A stretch of DNA of 64,000 nucleotides from Eledone cirrhosa (lineage: Eukaryota), in NCBI GenBank assembly GCA_964016885.1, contig OZ024741.1, positions 257,176,001-257,240,000 of the forward strand, read 5' to 3'. This document shows, in pieces, positions 11,058-24,777 of the stretch; position 1 is the stretch's first letter; each line of letters begins with the position of its first letter. The notes beneath the pieces are model-generated. The model saw only the letters and a program-made list of their open reading frames with translations, ran no database searches and had not been told where the DNA came from. Position numbers and translations under genes: made by a program.

Positions 11058-14000
11058 GTTTCGCTTTACGAATGTTTCGACTTACGAGTGTTTCGACTTA
11101 CGAGTGTTTCGGCTTACGAGTGTTTTGACTTACGGGTCTTTCGACTTACGCGTGTTTCCACTTACGAGTGTTCTGACTTACGAGTGTTCTGACTTACGAG
11201 TGTTCCGACTTACGAGTGTTTCGACTTACGAGTGTTTTGGCGTACGAGTGTTTTGACTTAAGGGTGTTTCGACTTACGAGTGTTTCGATACGAGTGTTTC
11301 GACTTACGAGTGTTTCGGCTTACGAGTGTTTCGACTTACGAGTGTTTCGACTTACGAGTGTTCAGATTTACGGATGTTTCGACATACGAGTGTTTCGACT
11401 TACGAGTGTTTCGACTTACGAGTGTTTTGACATACGGGTGTTTTGACATACGAATGTTTCGATACGAGTGTTTCGACTTACGAGTGTTCTGACTTACGAG
11501 TGTTCTGACTTACGAGTGTTCTGACTTACGAGTGTTCCGACTTACGAGTGTTCCGACTTACGAGTGTTTCGGCTTACGAGTGTTTCGGCTTACGAGTGTT
11601 TCGACTTACGAGTGTTTCGACTTACGAGTGTTCCGTCTTACGGGTGTTTCGACTTACGAGTGTTTTGGCTTACGGTGTTTCGGCTTACGAGTGTTTCGAC
11701 TTACGAGTCTTTCGGCTTACGAGTGTTTCGACTTACTAATGTTTTTACTTACGAGTGTTTCGGCGTACGAGTGTTTCGACTTACGAGTGTTTTTACTTAA
11801 GGGTGTTTCGACTTACGAGTATTTTTGGCTTACGAGTGTTTCGACTTACGAGTGTTTTGACTTACGAGTGTTCTGATTTACGGATGTTTCGACATACGAG
11901 TGTTTTGACTTACGATGTTTCGACTTACGAGTGTTTCGACTTACGGGTGTTTCGACTTACGAGTGTTTCAACTTACGAGTGTTTCGACTTACGAATATTT
12001 CGACTTACGGGTGTTTCGGCTTACGAGTGTTTCGACTTACGAGTGTTCTGACTTACGAGTGTTCTGACTTACGAGTGTTCCGGCTTACGAGTTTTTCGAC
12101 TTACGAGTGTTTGGACTTACGAGTGTTTCGACTTACGAGTGTTTCGACTTACGAGTGTTTCGGCTTACGAGTGGTTTGACTTACGAGTGTTCTGACTACG
12201 AGTGTTCTGACTTACGAGTGTTTCGGCTTATGAGTGTTTCGACTTACGAGTGTTTCGGTTTATGAGTGTTTCGGCTTACGAGTGTTTCGGCTTACGAGTG
12301 TTTCGACTTACGGGTGTTTCGACTTACGAGTGTTTCGTCTACGAGTGTTTCGACTTACGAGTGTTTCGGCTTACGAGTGTTTCGACATAGGGGTGTTTCG
12401 ACTTACGGTGTTTCGGCTTACGAGTGTTTCGACTTACGAGTGTTCTAACTTACGAGTGTTCTGACTTATGAGTGTTCTGACTTACGAGTGTTCCGACTTA
12501 AGAGTGTTTCGGCTTACGAGTGTTTCGGCTTACGAGTGTTTCGAATTACGAGTGTTTCGACTTACGAGTGTTTCGACTTATGAGTGTTTTGACTTACGGT
12601 GTTTCGGCTTACGAGTGTTTCGACTTACGAGTGTTTTGACTTACTGGTGTTTTGACATACGAGTGTTTCGATACGAGTGTTTCGACTTACGAGTGTTCTG
12701 ACTTACGAGTGTTCTGACTTACGAGTGTTCTGACTTACGAGTGTTCTAACTAACGAGTGTTCTGACTTACGAGTGTTCTGACTTACGAGTGTTCCGACTT
12801 ACGAGTGTTTCGGCTCACGAGTGTTTCGGCTTACGAGTGTTTCGACTTACGAGTGTTTCGGCTTACGAGTGTTTTGACTTACGAGTGTTTTGACTTACAT
12901 GTGTTTCGACTTACGCGTGTTTCGACTTACGAGTGTTTCGACTTGCGAGTGTTTCGACTACGGGTGTTTCGACTTACGAATGTTTTGACTTACGGATGTT
13001 TTGACTTACGGGTGTTTCGGCTTACGAGTGTTTCGACTTACGAGTGTTCTGACTTACGAGTGTTCTGACTTACGAGTGTTCTGACTTACGAGTGTTCCGA
13101 CTTACGAGTGTTTCGACTTAAGAGTGTTTCGGATTACGAGTGCTTCGACTTACGAGTGTTTCGGCTAACGCGTGTTTCGACTTACGAGTATTCTGACTAC
13201 GAGTGTTCTGACTTACGGGTGTTCTGAGTTACGAGTGTTCCGACTTACGAGTGTTTCGGCTTTCGAGTGTTTCGACTTACGAGTGTTTCGGGTTACGAGT
13301 GTTTCGACTTACGAATGTTTTCACTTACGAGTGTTTCCGCTTACGAGTGTTTCGACTTACGAGTGTTTCGACTTACGAGTGTTTTGACTTACGGTTTTTC
13401 GGCTTGCGAGTGTTTCGACATACGAGTGTTTTGACTTACGGGCGTTTCGACTTACGGGTGTTTCGACTTACGAGTGTTTCGACTTACGAGTGTTCTGTCT
13501 TACGAGTGTTCTGACTTGCGAGTGTTCCGACTTACGAGTGCTTCGGCTTACGAGTGTTTCGACATACGAGTGTTTTGACTTACGGATGTTTCAACTTACG
13601 GGTGTTTCGACTTACGAGTGTTTCGACTTACGAGTGTTCTGACTACGAGTGTTCTGACTTACGGGTGCTCTGACTTACGAGTGTTTCGACTTACGAGTGT
13701 TTCGACTTACGAGTGTTTCGGCTTACGAGTGTTTCGACTTACGAGTGTTTTGACTTACGAATGTTTTGCCTTACGGGTGTTCCGGTTTACGAGTGTTTCG
13801 ACTTACGAGTATTCTGACTTACGAGTGTTCCGACTTACGGGTTTTTCGACTTACGAGTGTTTCGACTTACGAGTGTTCCGACCTATGAGGGTTTCGGCTT
13901 ACTGGTGTTCCGACTTACGAGTATTTTCGGCTGACGAGTGTTTTGACTTACGATTGTTTCGGCTTACGAGTGTTTCGGCTTGCGAGTGTTTTGATTTACG

Positions 14001-17000
14001 AGTGTTTTGACTTACGGGTGTTTCGACTTACGCGTGTTTCGACTTACGAGTGTTTCGACTTACGAGTGTTTCGGCTTATGAGTGTTTCGAATTACGAGTG
14101 TTTTGACTTACGGGTGTTTTGATATACGAGTGTTTCGGTACGAGTGTTCTGACTTACGAGTGTTCTGACTTACGAGTGTTCTGACTTACGAGTGTTCTGA
14201 CTAACGGGTGTTCTGACTTACGAGTGTTCCGACTTACGAGTGTTTCGGCTATGAGTGTTTTGACTTACGGGTGTTTCGACTTACGGGTGTTTCGACTTAC
14301 GAGTGTTTCGACTTACGTGTGTTTCCGCTTACGAGTGTTTCGGCTTACGAGTGTTTCGAATTACGAGTGTTTTGGCTTACGAATGTTTTGACTTACGGGT
14401 GTTTCGGTGTACGAGTGTTTCGACTTAAGGATGTTTCGACTTACGAGTGTTTCGACTTACGAGTGTTTCGACTTACGAGTGTTTCGATTTACGAGTGTTT
14501 CGACTTACGAGTGTTTTGGCTTACGAATGTTTTGACTTACGGGTGTTTCGACTTACGGGTGTTTCGGCTTACGAGTGTTTCGACTTACGAGTGTTTTGAC
14601 TTACGAGTGTTCTGACTTACGAGTGTTCTGACTTACGAGTGTTCCGACTTACGAGTGTTCCGACTTACGAGTGTTTCGGCTTACGAGTGTTTCGGCTTAC
14701 GAGTGTTTCGGCTTACGAGTGTTTTGACTTACGAGTGTTCTGACTACGAGTGTTCTGACTTACGGGTGTTCCTGCTTACGAGTGTTCCGACTTACGAGTG
14801 TTTCGGCTAATGAGTGTTTCGACTTACGGGCGTTTCGACTTACGAGTGTTCTGACTTACGAGTGTTCTGACTTACGAGAGTTCCGACTTACGACTGTTTC
14901 GACTTACGAGTGTTTTGACTTACGAGTGTTCCGACTTACGAGTGTTTCGGCTTACGGGTGTTTCGACGTACGAGTATTTTTGGCTTACGAGTGTTTCTAC
15001 TTACGAGTGTTTTGAATTACGATTGTTTCGGCTTACGAGTGTTTCGACTTACGAGTATTTCGACTTACGAGTTTTTTTACTTACGGTGTTTCGGCTTACG
15101 AGTGTTTCGACTTATGAGTGTTCTGATTTACGGATGTTTCGACATACGAGTGTTTTGACTTACGGTGTTTCGACTTACGAGTGTTTCGACTTACGAGTGT
15201 TTCGACTTACGGGTGTTTCGACTTACGAGTGTTTCGACTTACGAGTGTTTCGACTTACGGGTGTTTCGGCTTACGAGTGTTTCGACTTACGAGTGTTCTG
15301 ACTTACGAGTGTTCTGACTTACGAGTGTTCCGGCTTACGAGTTTTTCGACTTACGAGTGTTTCGACTTACGAGTGTTTCGGCTTACAAGTGTTTCGGCTT
15401 ACGAGTGGTTTGACTTACGAGTGTTCTGACTACGAGTGTTCTGTCTTACGAGTGTTTCGACTTACGAGTGTTTCGGCTTATGAGTGTTTCGACTTACGAG
15501 TGTTTCGGCTTACGAGTGTTTCGACTTACGAGTGTTTCGACTCACGGGTGTTTCGACTTAGGAGTGTTTCGACTACGAGTGTTTCGACTTACGAGTGTTT
15601 CGGCTTACGAGTGTTTCGACTTATGGGTGTTTCGACTTACGAGTGTTTTTACTTACGGTGTTTCGGCTTACGAGTGTTTCGACATACGAGTGTTTTGACT
15701 TACGGGTGTTTCTACTTACGAGTGTTTCGACTTACGAATGTTTTGACTTACGGGTGTTTCGGCTTACGCGTGTTTCGATTTATGAGTGTTTCGGCTTACG
15801 AGTGTTTCGACTTACTAATGTTTTTACTTACGAGTGTTTCGGCGTACGAGAGTTTTGACTTACGAGTGTTTCTACTTACGAGTGTTTCGACTTACGAGTG
15901 TTTTGACTTACGAATGTTTTGACTTACGGGTGTTTCGGCTTACGAGTGTTTCGACTTACGAGTCTTTCGGCTTACGAGTGTTTCGACTTACTAATGTTTT
16001 TACTTACGAGTGTTTCGGCGTACGAGTGTTTCGACTTACGAGTGTTTCGACTTACGGGTGTTTTGACTTACGGGTGTTTCGGCTTACGAGTGTTTCGACT
16101 TACGAGGGTTTTGACTTAAGGGTGTTTCGACTTACGAGTATTTTTCGCTTACGAGTGTTTCGACTTACGAGTGTTTTGACTTACGAGTGTTCTAATTTAC
16201 GGATGTTTCGACATACGAGTGTTTTGACTTACGAGTGTATCGACTTACGAGTGTTTCGACTTACGAGTGTTTCGGCTTACGAGTGGTTTGACTTACGAGT
16301 GTTCTGACTACGAGTGTTTTGACTTACGAGTGTATCGGCTTATGAGTGTTTCGACTTACGAGTGTTTCGGCTTATGAGTGTTTCGACTTACGAGTGTTTC
16401 GGTTTACGAGTGTTTCGACTTACGAGTGTTTCGACTTACGGGTGTTCCGACTTAAGAGTGTTTCGACTACGAGTGTTTCGACTTACGAGTGTTTCGGCTT
16501 ACGAGTGTTTCGACATACGGGTGTTTCGACTTACGATGTTTCGGCTTACGAGTGTTTCGACTTACGAGTGTTCTGACTTACGAGTGTTCTGACTTATGAG
16601 TGTTCTGACTTACGAGTGTTCCAACTTACGAGTGTTTCGGCTTACGAGTGTTTCGGCTTACGAGTGTTTCGACTTACGAGTGTTTCGACTTACGAGTGTT
16701 TCGAATTACGAGTGTTTCGACTTACGAGTGTTTTGACATACGGTGTTTCGGCTTACGAGTGTTTCGACATACGAGTGTTTTGACTTACGGGTGTTTCGAC
16801 TTACGGGTGTTTCGACTTAAGAGTGTTTCGACTTACGAGGGCTTCGACTTACGAGTGTTCTGACTTACGAGTGTTCCGACTTACGAGTGTTTCGACTTAC
16901 GAGTGTTTCGACTTACGAGTGTTTCGGCGTACGAGTGTTTTGACTTACGAGTGTTTCGACTTACGAGTGTTTCGACTTACGAGTGCTTTGACTTACGAAT

Positions 17001-17639
17001 GTTTTGACTTCGACATACGAGTGATCTGACTTACGAGTGTTCCTACTTACGAGTGTTTCGACTTACGAGTGTTTCGACTTGTGAGTGTTTCGACTTACGG
17101 GTGTTTCGAATTACGAGTGTTTCGTCTACGAGTGTTTCGACTTACGAGTGTTTCGGCTTACGAGTGTTTCGACATACGGGTGTTTCGACTTACGGTGTTT
17201 CGGCTTACGAGTGTTTCGACTTACGAGTGTTCTAACTTACGAGTGTTCTGACTTATGAGTGTTCTGACTTACGAGTGTTCCGACTTACGAGTGTTTCGGC
17301 TTACGAGTGTTTCGGCTTACGAGTGTTTCGAATTACGAGTGTTTCGACTTACGAGTGTTTCGACTTATGAGTGTTTTGACTTACGGTGTTTCGGCTTACG
17401 AGTGTTTCGACTTACGAGTGTTTTGACTTACTGGTGTTTTGACATACGAGTGTTTCGATACGAGTGTTTCGACTTACGAGTGTTCTGACTTACGAGTGTT
17501 CTGACTTACGAGTGTTCTGACTTACGAGTGTTCTAACTAACGAGTGTTCTGACTTACGAGTGTTCTGACTTACGAGTGTTCCGACTTACGAGTGTTTCGG
17601 CTCACGAGTGTTTCGGCTTACGAGTGTTTCGACTTACGA

Positions 17640-17708
17640 AAATAACAAATAGACGCGGTTTCAAATCTCTATGCTTTTCAAATTCAGTACATTAATCTTT
17701 ATTTATAC
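17640..17708 (+). repeat. 69-bp insert, copy 4 (variant B)
   Basis: Same as 6890 at offset 10,750, including the downstream gtgtttagac variant. Confidence 0.95.
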
Positions 17709-19220
17709 GTTTCGCTTTACGAGTGTTTAGACTTACGAGTGTTTCGACTTACGAGTGTTTCGGCTTACGAGTGTTTTGACTTACGAGTGTTTTGACTTAC
17801 ATGTGTTTCGACTTACGCGTGTTTCGACTTACGAGTGTTTCGACTTGCGAGTGTTTCGACTACGGGTGTTTCGACTTACGAATGTTTTGACTTACGGATG
17901 TTTTGACTTACGGGTGTTTCGGCTTACGAGTGTTTCGACTTACGAGTGTTCTGACTTACGAGTGTTCTGACTTACGAGTGTTCTGACTTACGAGTGTTCC
18001 GACTTACGAGTGTTTCGACTTAAGAGTGTTTCGGATTACGAGTGCTTCGACTTACGAGTGTTTCGGCTAACGAGTGTTTCGACTTACGAGTATTCTGACT
18101 ACGAGTGTTCTGACTTACGGGTGTTCTGACTTACGAGTGTTCCGACTTACGAGTGTTTCGGCTTTCGAGTGTTTCGACTTACGAGTGTTTCGGGTTACGA
18201 GTGTTTCGACTTACGAATGTTTTCACTTACGAGTGTTTCCGCTTACGAGTGTTTCGACTTACGAGTGTTTCGACTTACGAGTGTTTTGACTTACGGTTTT
18301 TCGGCTTGCGAGTGTTTCGACATACGAGTGTTTTGACTTACGGGCGTTTCGACTTACGGGTGTTTCGACTTACGAGTGTTTCGACTTACGAGTGTTCTGT
18401 CTTACGAGTGTTCTGACTTGCGAGTGTTCCGACTTACGAGTGCTTCGGCTTACGAGTGTTTCGACATACGAGTGTTTTGACTTACGGATGTTTCAACTTA
18501 CGGGTGTTTCGACTTACGAGTGTTTCGACTTACGAGTGTTCTGACTACGAGTGTTCTGACTTACGGGTGCTCTGACTTACGAGTGTTTCGACTTACGAGT
18601 GTTTCGACTTACGAGTGTTTCGGCTTACGAGTGTTTTGACTTACGAGTGTTTTGACTTACGAATGTTTTGCCTTACGGGTGTTCCGGTTTACGAGTGTTT
18701 CGACTTACGAGTATTCTGACTTACGAGTGTTCCGACTTACGGGTGTTTCGACTTACGAGTGTTTCGACTTACGAGTGTTCCGACCTATGAGGGTTTCGGC
18801 TTACTGGTGTTCCGACTTACGAGTATTTTCGGCTGACGAGTGTTTTGACTTACGATTGTTTCGGCTTACGAGTGTTTCGGCTTACGAGTGTTTTGATTTA
18901 CGAGTGTTTTGACTTACGGGTGTTTCGACTTACGCGTGTTTCGACTTACGAGTGTTTCGACTTACGAGTGTTTCGGCTTATGAGTGTTTCGAATTACGAG
19001 TGTTTTGACTTACGGGTGTTTTGACATACGAGTGTTTCGGTACGAGTGTTCTGACTTACGAGTGTTCTGACTTACGAGTGTTCTGACTAACGGGTGTTCT
19101 GACTTACGAGTGTTCCGACTTACGAGTGTTTCGGCTATGAGTGTTTTGACTTACGGGTGTTTCGACTTACGGGTGTTTCGACTTACGAGTGTTTCGACTT
19201 ACGTGTGTTTCCGCTTACGA

Positions 19221-22200
19221 GTGTTTCGGCTTACGAGTGTTTCGAATTACGAGTGTTTTGGCTTACGAATGTTTTGACTTACGGGTGTTTCGGTGTACGA
19301 GTGTTTCGACTTAAGGATGTTTCGACTTACGAGTGTTTCGACTTACGAGTGTTTCGACTTACGAGTGTTTCGATTTACGAGTGTTTCGACTTACGAGTGT
19401 TTTGGCTTACGAATGTTTTGACTTACGGGTGTTTCGACTTACGGGTGTTTCGGCTTACGAGTGTTTCGACTTACGAGTGTTTTGACTTACGAGTGTTCTG
19501 ACTTACGAGTGTTCTGACTTACGAGTGTTCCGACTTACGAGTGTTCCGACTTACGAGTGTTTCGGCTTACGAGTGTTTCGGCTTACGAGTGTTTCGGCTT
19601 ACGAGTGTTTTGACTTACGAGTGTTCTGACTACGAGTGTTCTGACTTACGGGTGTTCTGACTTACGAGTGTTCCGACTTACGAGTGTTTCGGCTAATGAG
19701 TGTTTCGACTTACGGGCGTTTCGACTTACGAGTGTTCTGACTTACGAGTGTTCTGACTTACGAGAGTTCCGACTTACGACTGTTTCGACTTACGAGTGTT
19801 TTGACTTACGAGTGTTCCGACTTACGAGTGTTTCGGCTTACGGGTGTTTCGACGTACGAGTATTTTTGGCTTACGAGTGTTTCTACTTACGAGTGTTTTG
19901 AATTACGATTGTTTCGGCTTACGAGTGTTTCGACTTACGAGTATTTCGACTTACGAGTTTTTTTACTTACGGTGTTTCGGCTTACGAGTGTTTCGACTTA
20001 TGAGTGTTCTGATTTACGGATGTTTCGACATACGAGTGTTCTGACTTACGAGTGTTCTGACTTACGAGTGTTCCGGCTTACGAGTTTTTCGACTTACGAG
20101 TGTTTCGACTTACGAGTGTTTCGGCTTACAAGTGTTTCGGCTTACGAGTGGTTTGACTTACGAGTGTTCTGACTACGAGTGTTCTGTCTTACGAGTGTTT
20201 CGACTTACGAGTGTTTCGGCTTATGAGTGTTTCGACTTACGAGTGTTTCGGCTTACGAGTGTTTCGACTTACGAGTGTTTCGACTCACGGGTGTTTCGAC
20301 TTAGGAGTGTTTCGACTACGAGTGTTTCGACTTACGAGTGTTTCGGCTTACGAGTGTTTCGACTTATGGGTGTTTCGACTTACGAGTGTTTTTACTTACG
20401 GTGTTTCGGCTTACGAGTGTTTCGACATACGAGTGTTTTGACTTACGGGTGTTTCTACTTACGAGTGTTTCGACTTACGAATGTTTTGACTTACGGGTGT
20501 TTCGGCTTACGCGTGTTTCGATTTATGAGTGTTTCGGCTTACGAGTGTTTCGACTTACTAATGTTTTTACTTACGAGTGTTTCGGCGTACGAGAGTTTTG
20601 ACTTACGAGTGTTTCTACTTACGAGTGTTTCGACTTACGAGTGTTTTGACTTACGAATGTTTTGACTTACGGGTGTTTCGGCTTACGAGTGTTTCGACTT
20701 ACGAGTCTTTCGGCTTACGAGTGTTTCGACTTACTAATGTTTTTACTTACGAGTGTTTCGGCGTACGAGTGTTTCGACTTACGAGTGTTTCGACTTACGG
20801 GTGTTTTGACTTACGGGTGTTTCGGCTTACGAGTGTTTCGACTTACGAGGGTTTTGACTTAAGGGTGTTTCGACTTACGAGTATTTTTCGCTTACGAGTG
20901 TTTCGACTTACGAGTGTTTTGACTTACGAGTGTTCTAATTTACGGATGTTTCGACATACGAGTGTTTTGACTTACGAGTGTTTCGACGTACGAGTGTTTC
21001 GGCTTACGAGTGGTTTGACTTACGAGTGTTCTGACTACGAGTGTTTTGACTTACGAGTGTATCGGCTTATGAGTGTTTCGACTTACGAGTGTTTCGGCTT
21101 ATGAGTGTTTCGACTTACGAGTGTTTCGGTTTACGAGTGTTTCGACTTACGAGTGTTTCGACTTACGGGTGTTCCGACTTAAGAGTGTTTCGACTACGAG
21201 TGTTTCGACTTACGAGTGTTTCGGCTTACGAGTGTTTCGACATACGGGTGTTTCGACTTACGATGTTTCGGCTTACGAGTGTTTCGACTTACGAGTGTTC
21301 TGACTTACGAGTGTTCTGACTTATGAGTGTTCTGACTTACGAGTGTTCCAACTTACGAGTGTTTCGGCTTACGAGTGTTTCGGCTTACGAGTGTTTCGAC
21401 TTACGAGTGTTTCGACTTACGAGTGTTTCGAATTACGAGTGTTTCGACTTACGAGTGTTTTGACATACGGTGTTTCGGCTTACGAGTGTTTCGACATACG
21501 AGTGTTTTGACTTACGGGTGTTTCGACTTACGGGTGTTTCGACTTAAGAGTGTTTCGACTTACGAGGGCTTCGACTTACGAGTGTTCTGACTTACGAGTG
21601 TTCCGACTTACGAGTGTTTCGACTTACGAGTGTTTCGACTTACGAGTGTTTCGGCGTACGAGTGTTTTGACTTACGAGTGTTTCGACTTACGAGTGTTTC
21701 GACTTACGAGTGCTTTGACTTACGAGTGTTTCGACATACGAGTGATCTGACTTACGAGTGTTCCTACTTACGAGTGTTTCGACTTACGAGTGTTTCGACT
21801 TGTGAGTGTTTCGACTTACGAGTGTTTCGACTTACGAGTGTTCTGACTTACGAGTGTTCTGACTTACGAGTGTTCCGACTTACGAGTGTTTCGGCTTACG
21901 AGTGTTTCGACTTACGAGTGTTCCGGCTTACGCGTCTTTCGACTTACGAGTGTTTCGGCTTATGAGTGTTTCGACTTACGAGTGCTTCGGCTTACGAGTG
22001 TTTCGACTTACGAGTGTTCTGACTTACGACTGTTCTGACTTACGAATGTTCCGACTTACGAGTCTTTCGACTTACGAATGTTTTGGCTTACGCGATTTTC
22101 GGCTTATGAGTGTTTCGACTTACGAGTGTTTCGACATACGAGTGTTTTGACTTACGGGTGTTTCGACTTACGGGTGTTTCGACTTAAGAGTGTTTCGACT

Positions 22201-24601
22201 TACGAGCGCTTCGACTTACGAGTGTTCTGACTTACGAGTGTTCCGACTTACGAGTGTTTCGGCTTACGAGTGTTTCGACTTACGAGTGTTCCGGCTTACG
22301 CGTGTTTCGACTTACGAGTGTTACGGCTTATGAGTGTTTCGACTTACGAGTGCTTCGGCTTACGAGTGTTTCGACTTACGAGTGTTTCGGCTTACGAGTG
22401 TTTCGACTTACGAATGTTTTGGCTTACGAGTGTTTCGGCTTACGAGTGTTTCGACTTACGACTGTTTCGACTTACGAGTGTTTCTGCTTACGAATGTTTT
22501 GACTTACGAGTATTTCGGCTTACAAGTGTTTCGACTTACGACTGTTTTGACTTACGGTTGTTTCGGCTTACGACTGTTTCGACTTACGAGTGTTTCGGCT
22601 TACGAGTGTTTCGGCTTACGAGTGTTTCGACTTACGAGTGTTTGGGCTTACGAGTGTTTCAGTGTTTCGGCTTACGTGTGTTTCGACTTACGAGTGTTTC
22701 GATTTACGAGTGTTTCGGCTTACAAGTGTTTCGGCTTACGAGTGTTTCGGCTTATTATATATAAACGTTTCTATTTCCATCGTTTTATCGTAAACGTTTA
22801 TATATTTCCATCGTTATATCATAACGTTTATATTTCCGTCACTAATCTCTTTTTCTCCTTTTTCGTTTTAACATATATTTATTTCAAAGATTTCACCGTA
22901 TAGATAACATATATATTTATACATGCATAAAAGACACACTGAGAGACGGTGAATATGTGGTGCCAAAAACATTTCTAATCCAAATCTCAACAATATCAGT
23001 ATATACACTAGATTTGCTAGCAGAAAACCGCCCACCGGGTGGTTTTCTGCTAGTCTATATATATAAAACTGAGGATGTCTGTCTGTGTGTGAGTTTGAAT
23101 CCCTAAAACTCGAGAACCACCCAACCGACTGTTTTCAAACTTTACACATGTAATACTTACGTTTCAGGAAGTGTTCTGAGCAAACAATATTTCAAATTTT
23201 CAATGTCCTAGGGACCACATTAGGCGATTTAGCGATCTCTCTCTATAATTCTTAGTCTTTCTCTTTTTAGATAGATACATACATAAATCGTCGTGCCATT
23301 ATAATATCTGTCTGTATGTCTGGCTGTCTGCATTACGTCACTTCCCTGAGGATGTCTGTCTGTGTGTGTGTCTGTGAGTTTGAATCCCTAAAATGCGAGA
23401 AGTACCCAACCGATTTTTTTCAAACTTTACATGTGTATTACTTATGTTTCAGGGAGTGTTTGTTATGCACATAAAATTCAACCTTTTGATCTGGTGTTTC
23501 GACTTACGAGTGTTTCGACTTACGAGTGTTTCGACTTAGGAGTGTTTTGACTTACGAGTGTTTTGACTTACGGTATTTCTGCTTACGAGTGTTTCGACTT
23601 ACGAGTGTTACGAGTGTTCTGACTACGAGTGTTTCGACTTACGAGTGTTCTGACCTACGAGTGTTCTGACTTACGAGTTTTTCGACTTACGAGTGTTTTG
23701 ACTTACGGGTGTTTCGACTTGCGAGTGTTTCGAGTTACGAGTGTTTCGAGTTACGAGTGTTTCGACTTACGAGTATTTTGACTTACGAATGTTCTGACTT
23801 ACGGGTGTTTCGGCTTCCGAGTGTTTCGACTTACGAGTGTTATAACTTCCGGGTGTTTCGACTTACGCGTGTTTTGACTTACGGGCGTTTCGACTTAGGA
23901 GTGTTTCGACTACGAATGTTCCGACATACGAGTGTTTCGACTTACGAGTGTTTCGACTTACGAGTGTTCTGACTTACGAGTGTTCCGGCTTACGAGTTTT
24001 TCGACTTACGAGTGTTTCGACTTACGAGTGTTCTGACTACGAGTGTTCTGACTTACGAGTGTTTCGGCTTATGAGTGTTTCGACTTACGAGTGTTTCGGT
24101 TTATGAGTGTTTCGACTTACGAGTGTTTCGGCTTACGAGTGTTTCGACTTACGAGTGTTTCGACTTACGGGTGTTTCGACTTACGAGTGTTTCGTCTACG
24201 AGTGTTTCGACATACGAGTGTTTCGGCTTACGAGTGTTTCGACATACGGGTGTTTCGACTTACGGTGTTTCGGCTTACGAGTGTTTCGACTTACGAGTGT
24301 TCTGACTTACGAGTGTTCTGACTTATGAGTGTTCTGACTTACGAGTATTCCGACTTACGAGTGTTTCGGCTTACGAGTGTTTCGGCTTACGAGTGTTTCG
24401 ACTTACGAGTGTTTCGACTTACGAGTGTTTCGACTTATGAGTGTTTTGATTACGGTGTTTCGGCTTACGAGTGTTTCGACTTACGAGTGTTTTGACTTAC
24501 TGGTGTTTTGACATACGAGTGTTTCGATACGAGTGTTTCGACTTACGAGTGTTCTGACTTACGAGTGTTCTGACTTACGAGTGTTCTGACTTACGAGTGT
24601 T
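19221..24601 (+). repeat. Near-identical duplicate of 1-5381 (offset 19,220 bp)
   Basis: Constant ORF offset (448/19668, 912/20132, 3114/22334, 4855/24075). The sequences part at 5382/24602. Confidence 0.95.
22755..23493 (+). mobile_element. ~739-bp island, copy 2 (putative Helitron head-to-tail junction)
   Basis: Near-identical to copy 1 at offset 19,220. One difference seen: caatgtccta vs caatgcccta. Hairpin 23017-23053, TC at 23054. Confidence 0.7.
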
Positions 24602-24708
24602 CTAACTTACGAGTGTTCTGACTTACGAGTGTTCTGACTTACGAGTGTTCCGACTTACGAGTGTTTCGGCTCACGAGTGTTTCGGCTTACGAGTGTTTCG
24701 ACTTACGA

Positions 24709-24777
24709 AAATAAAAAATAGACGCGGTTTCAAATCTCTATGCTTTTCAAATTCAGTACATTAATCTTTATTTATAC
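24709..24777 (+). repeat. 69-bp insert, copy 5 (variant C)
   Basis: ataaaaaa...aattcagtac. Confidence 0.95.
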
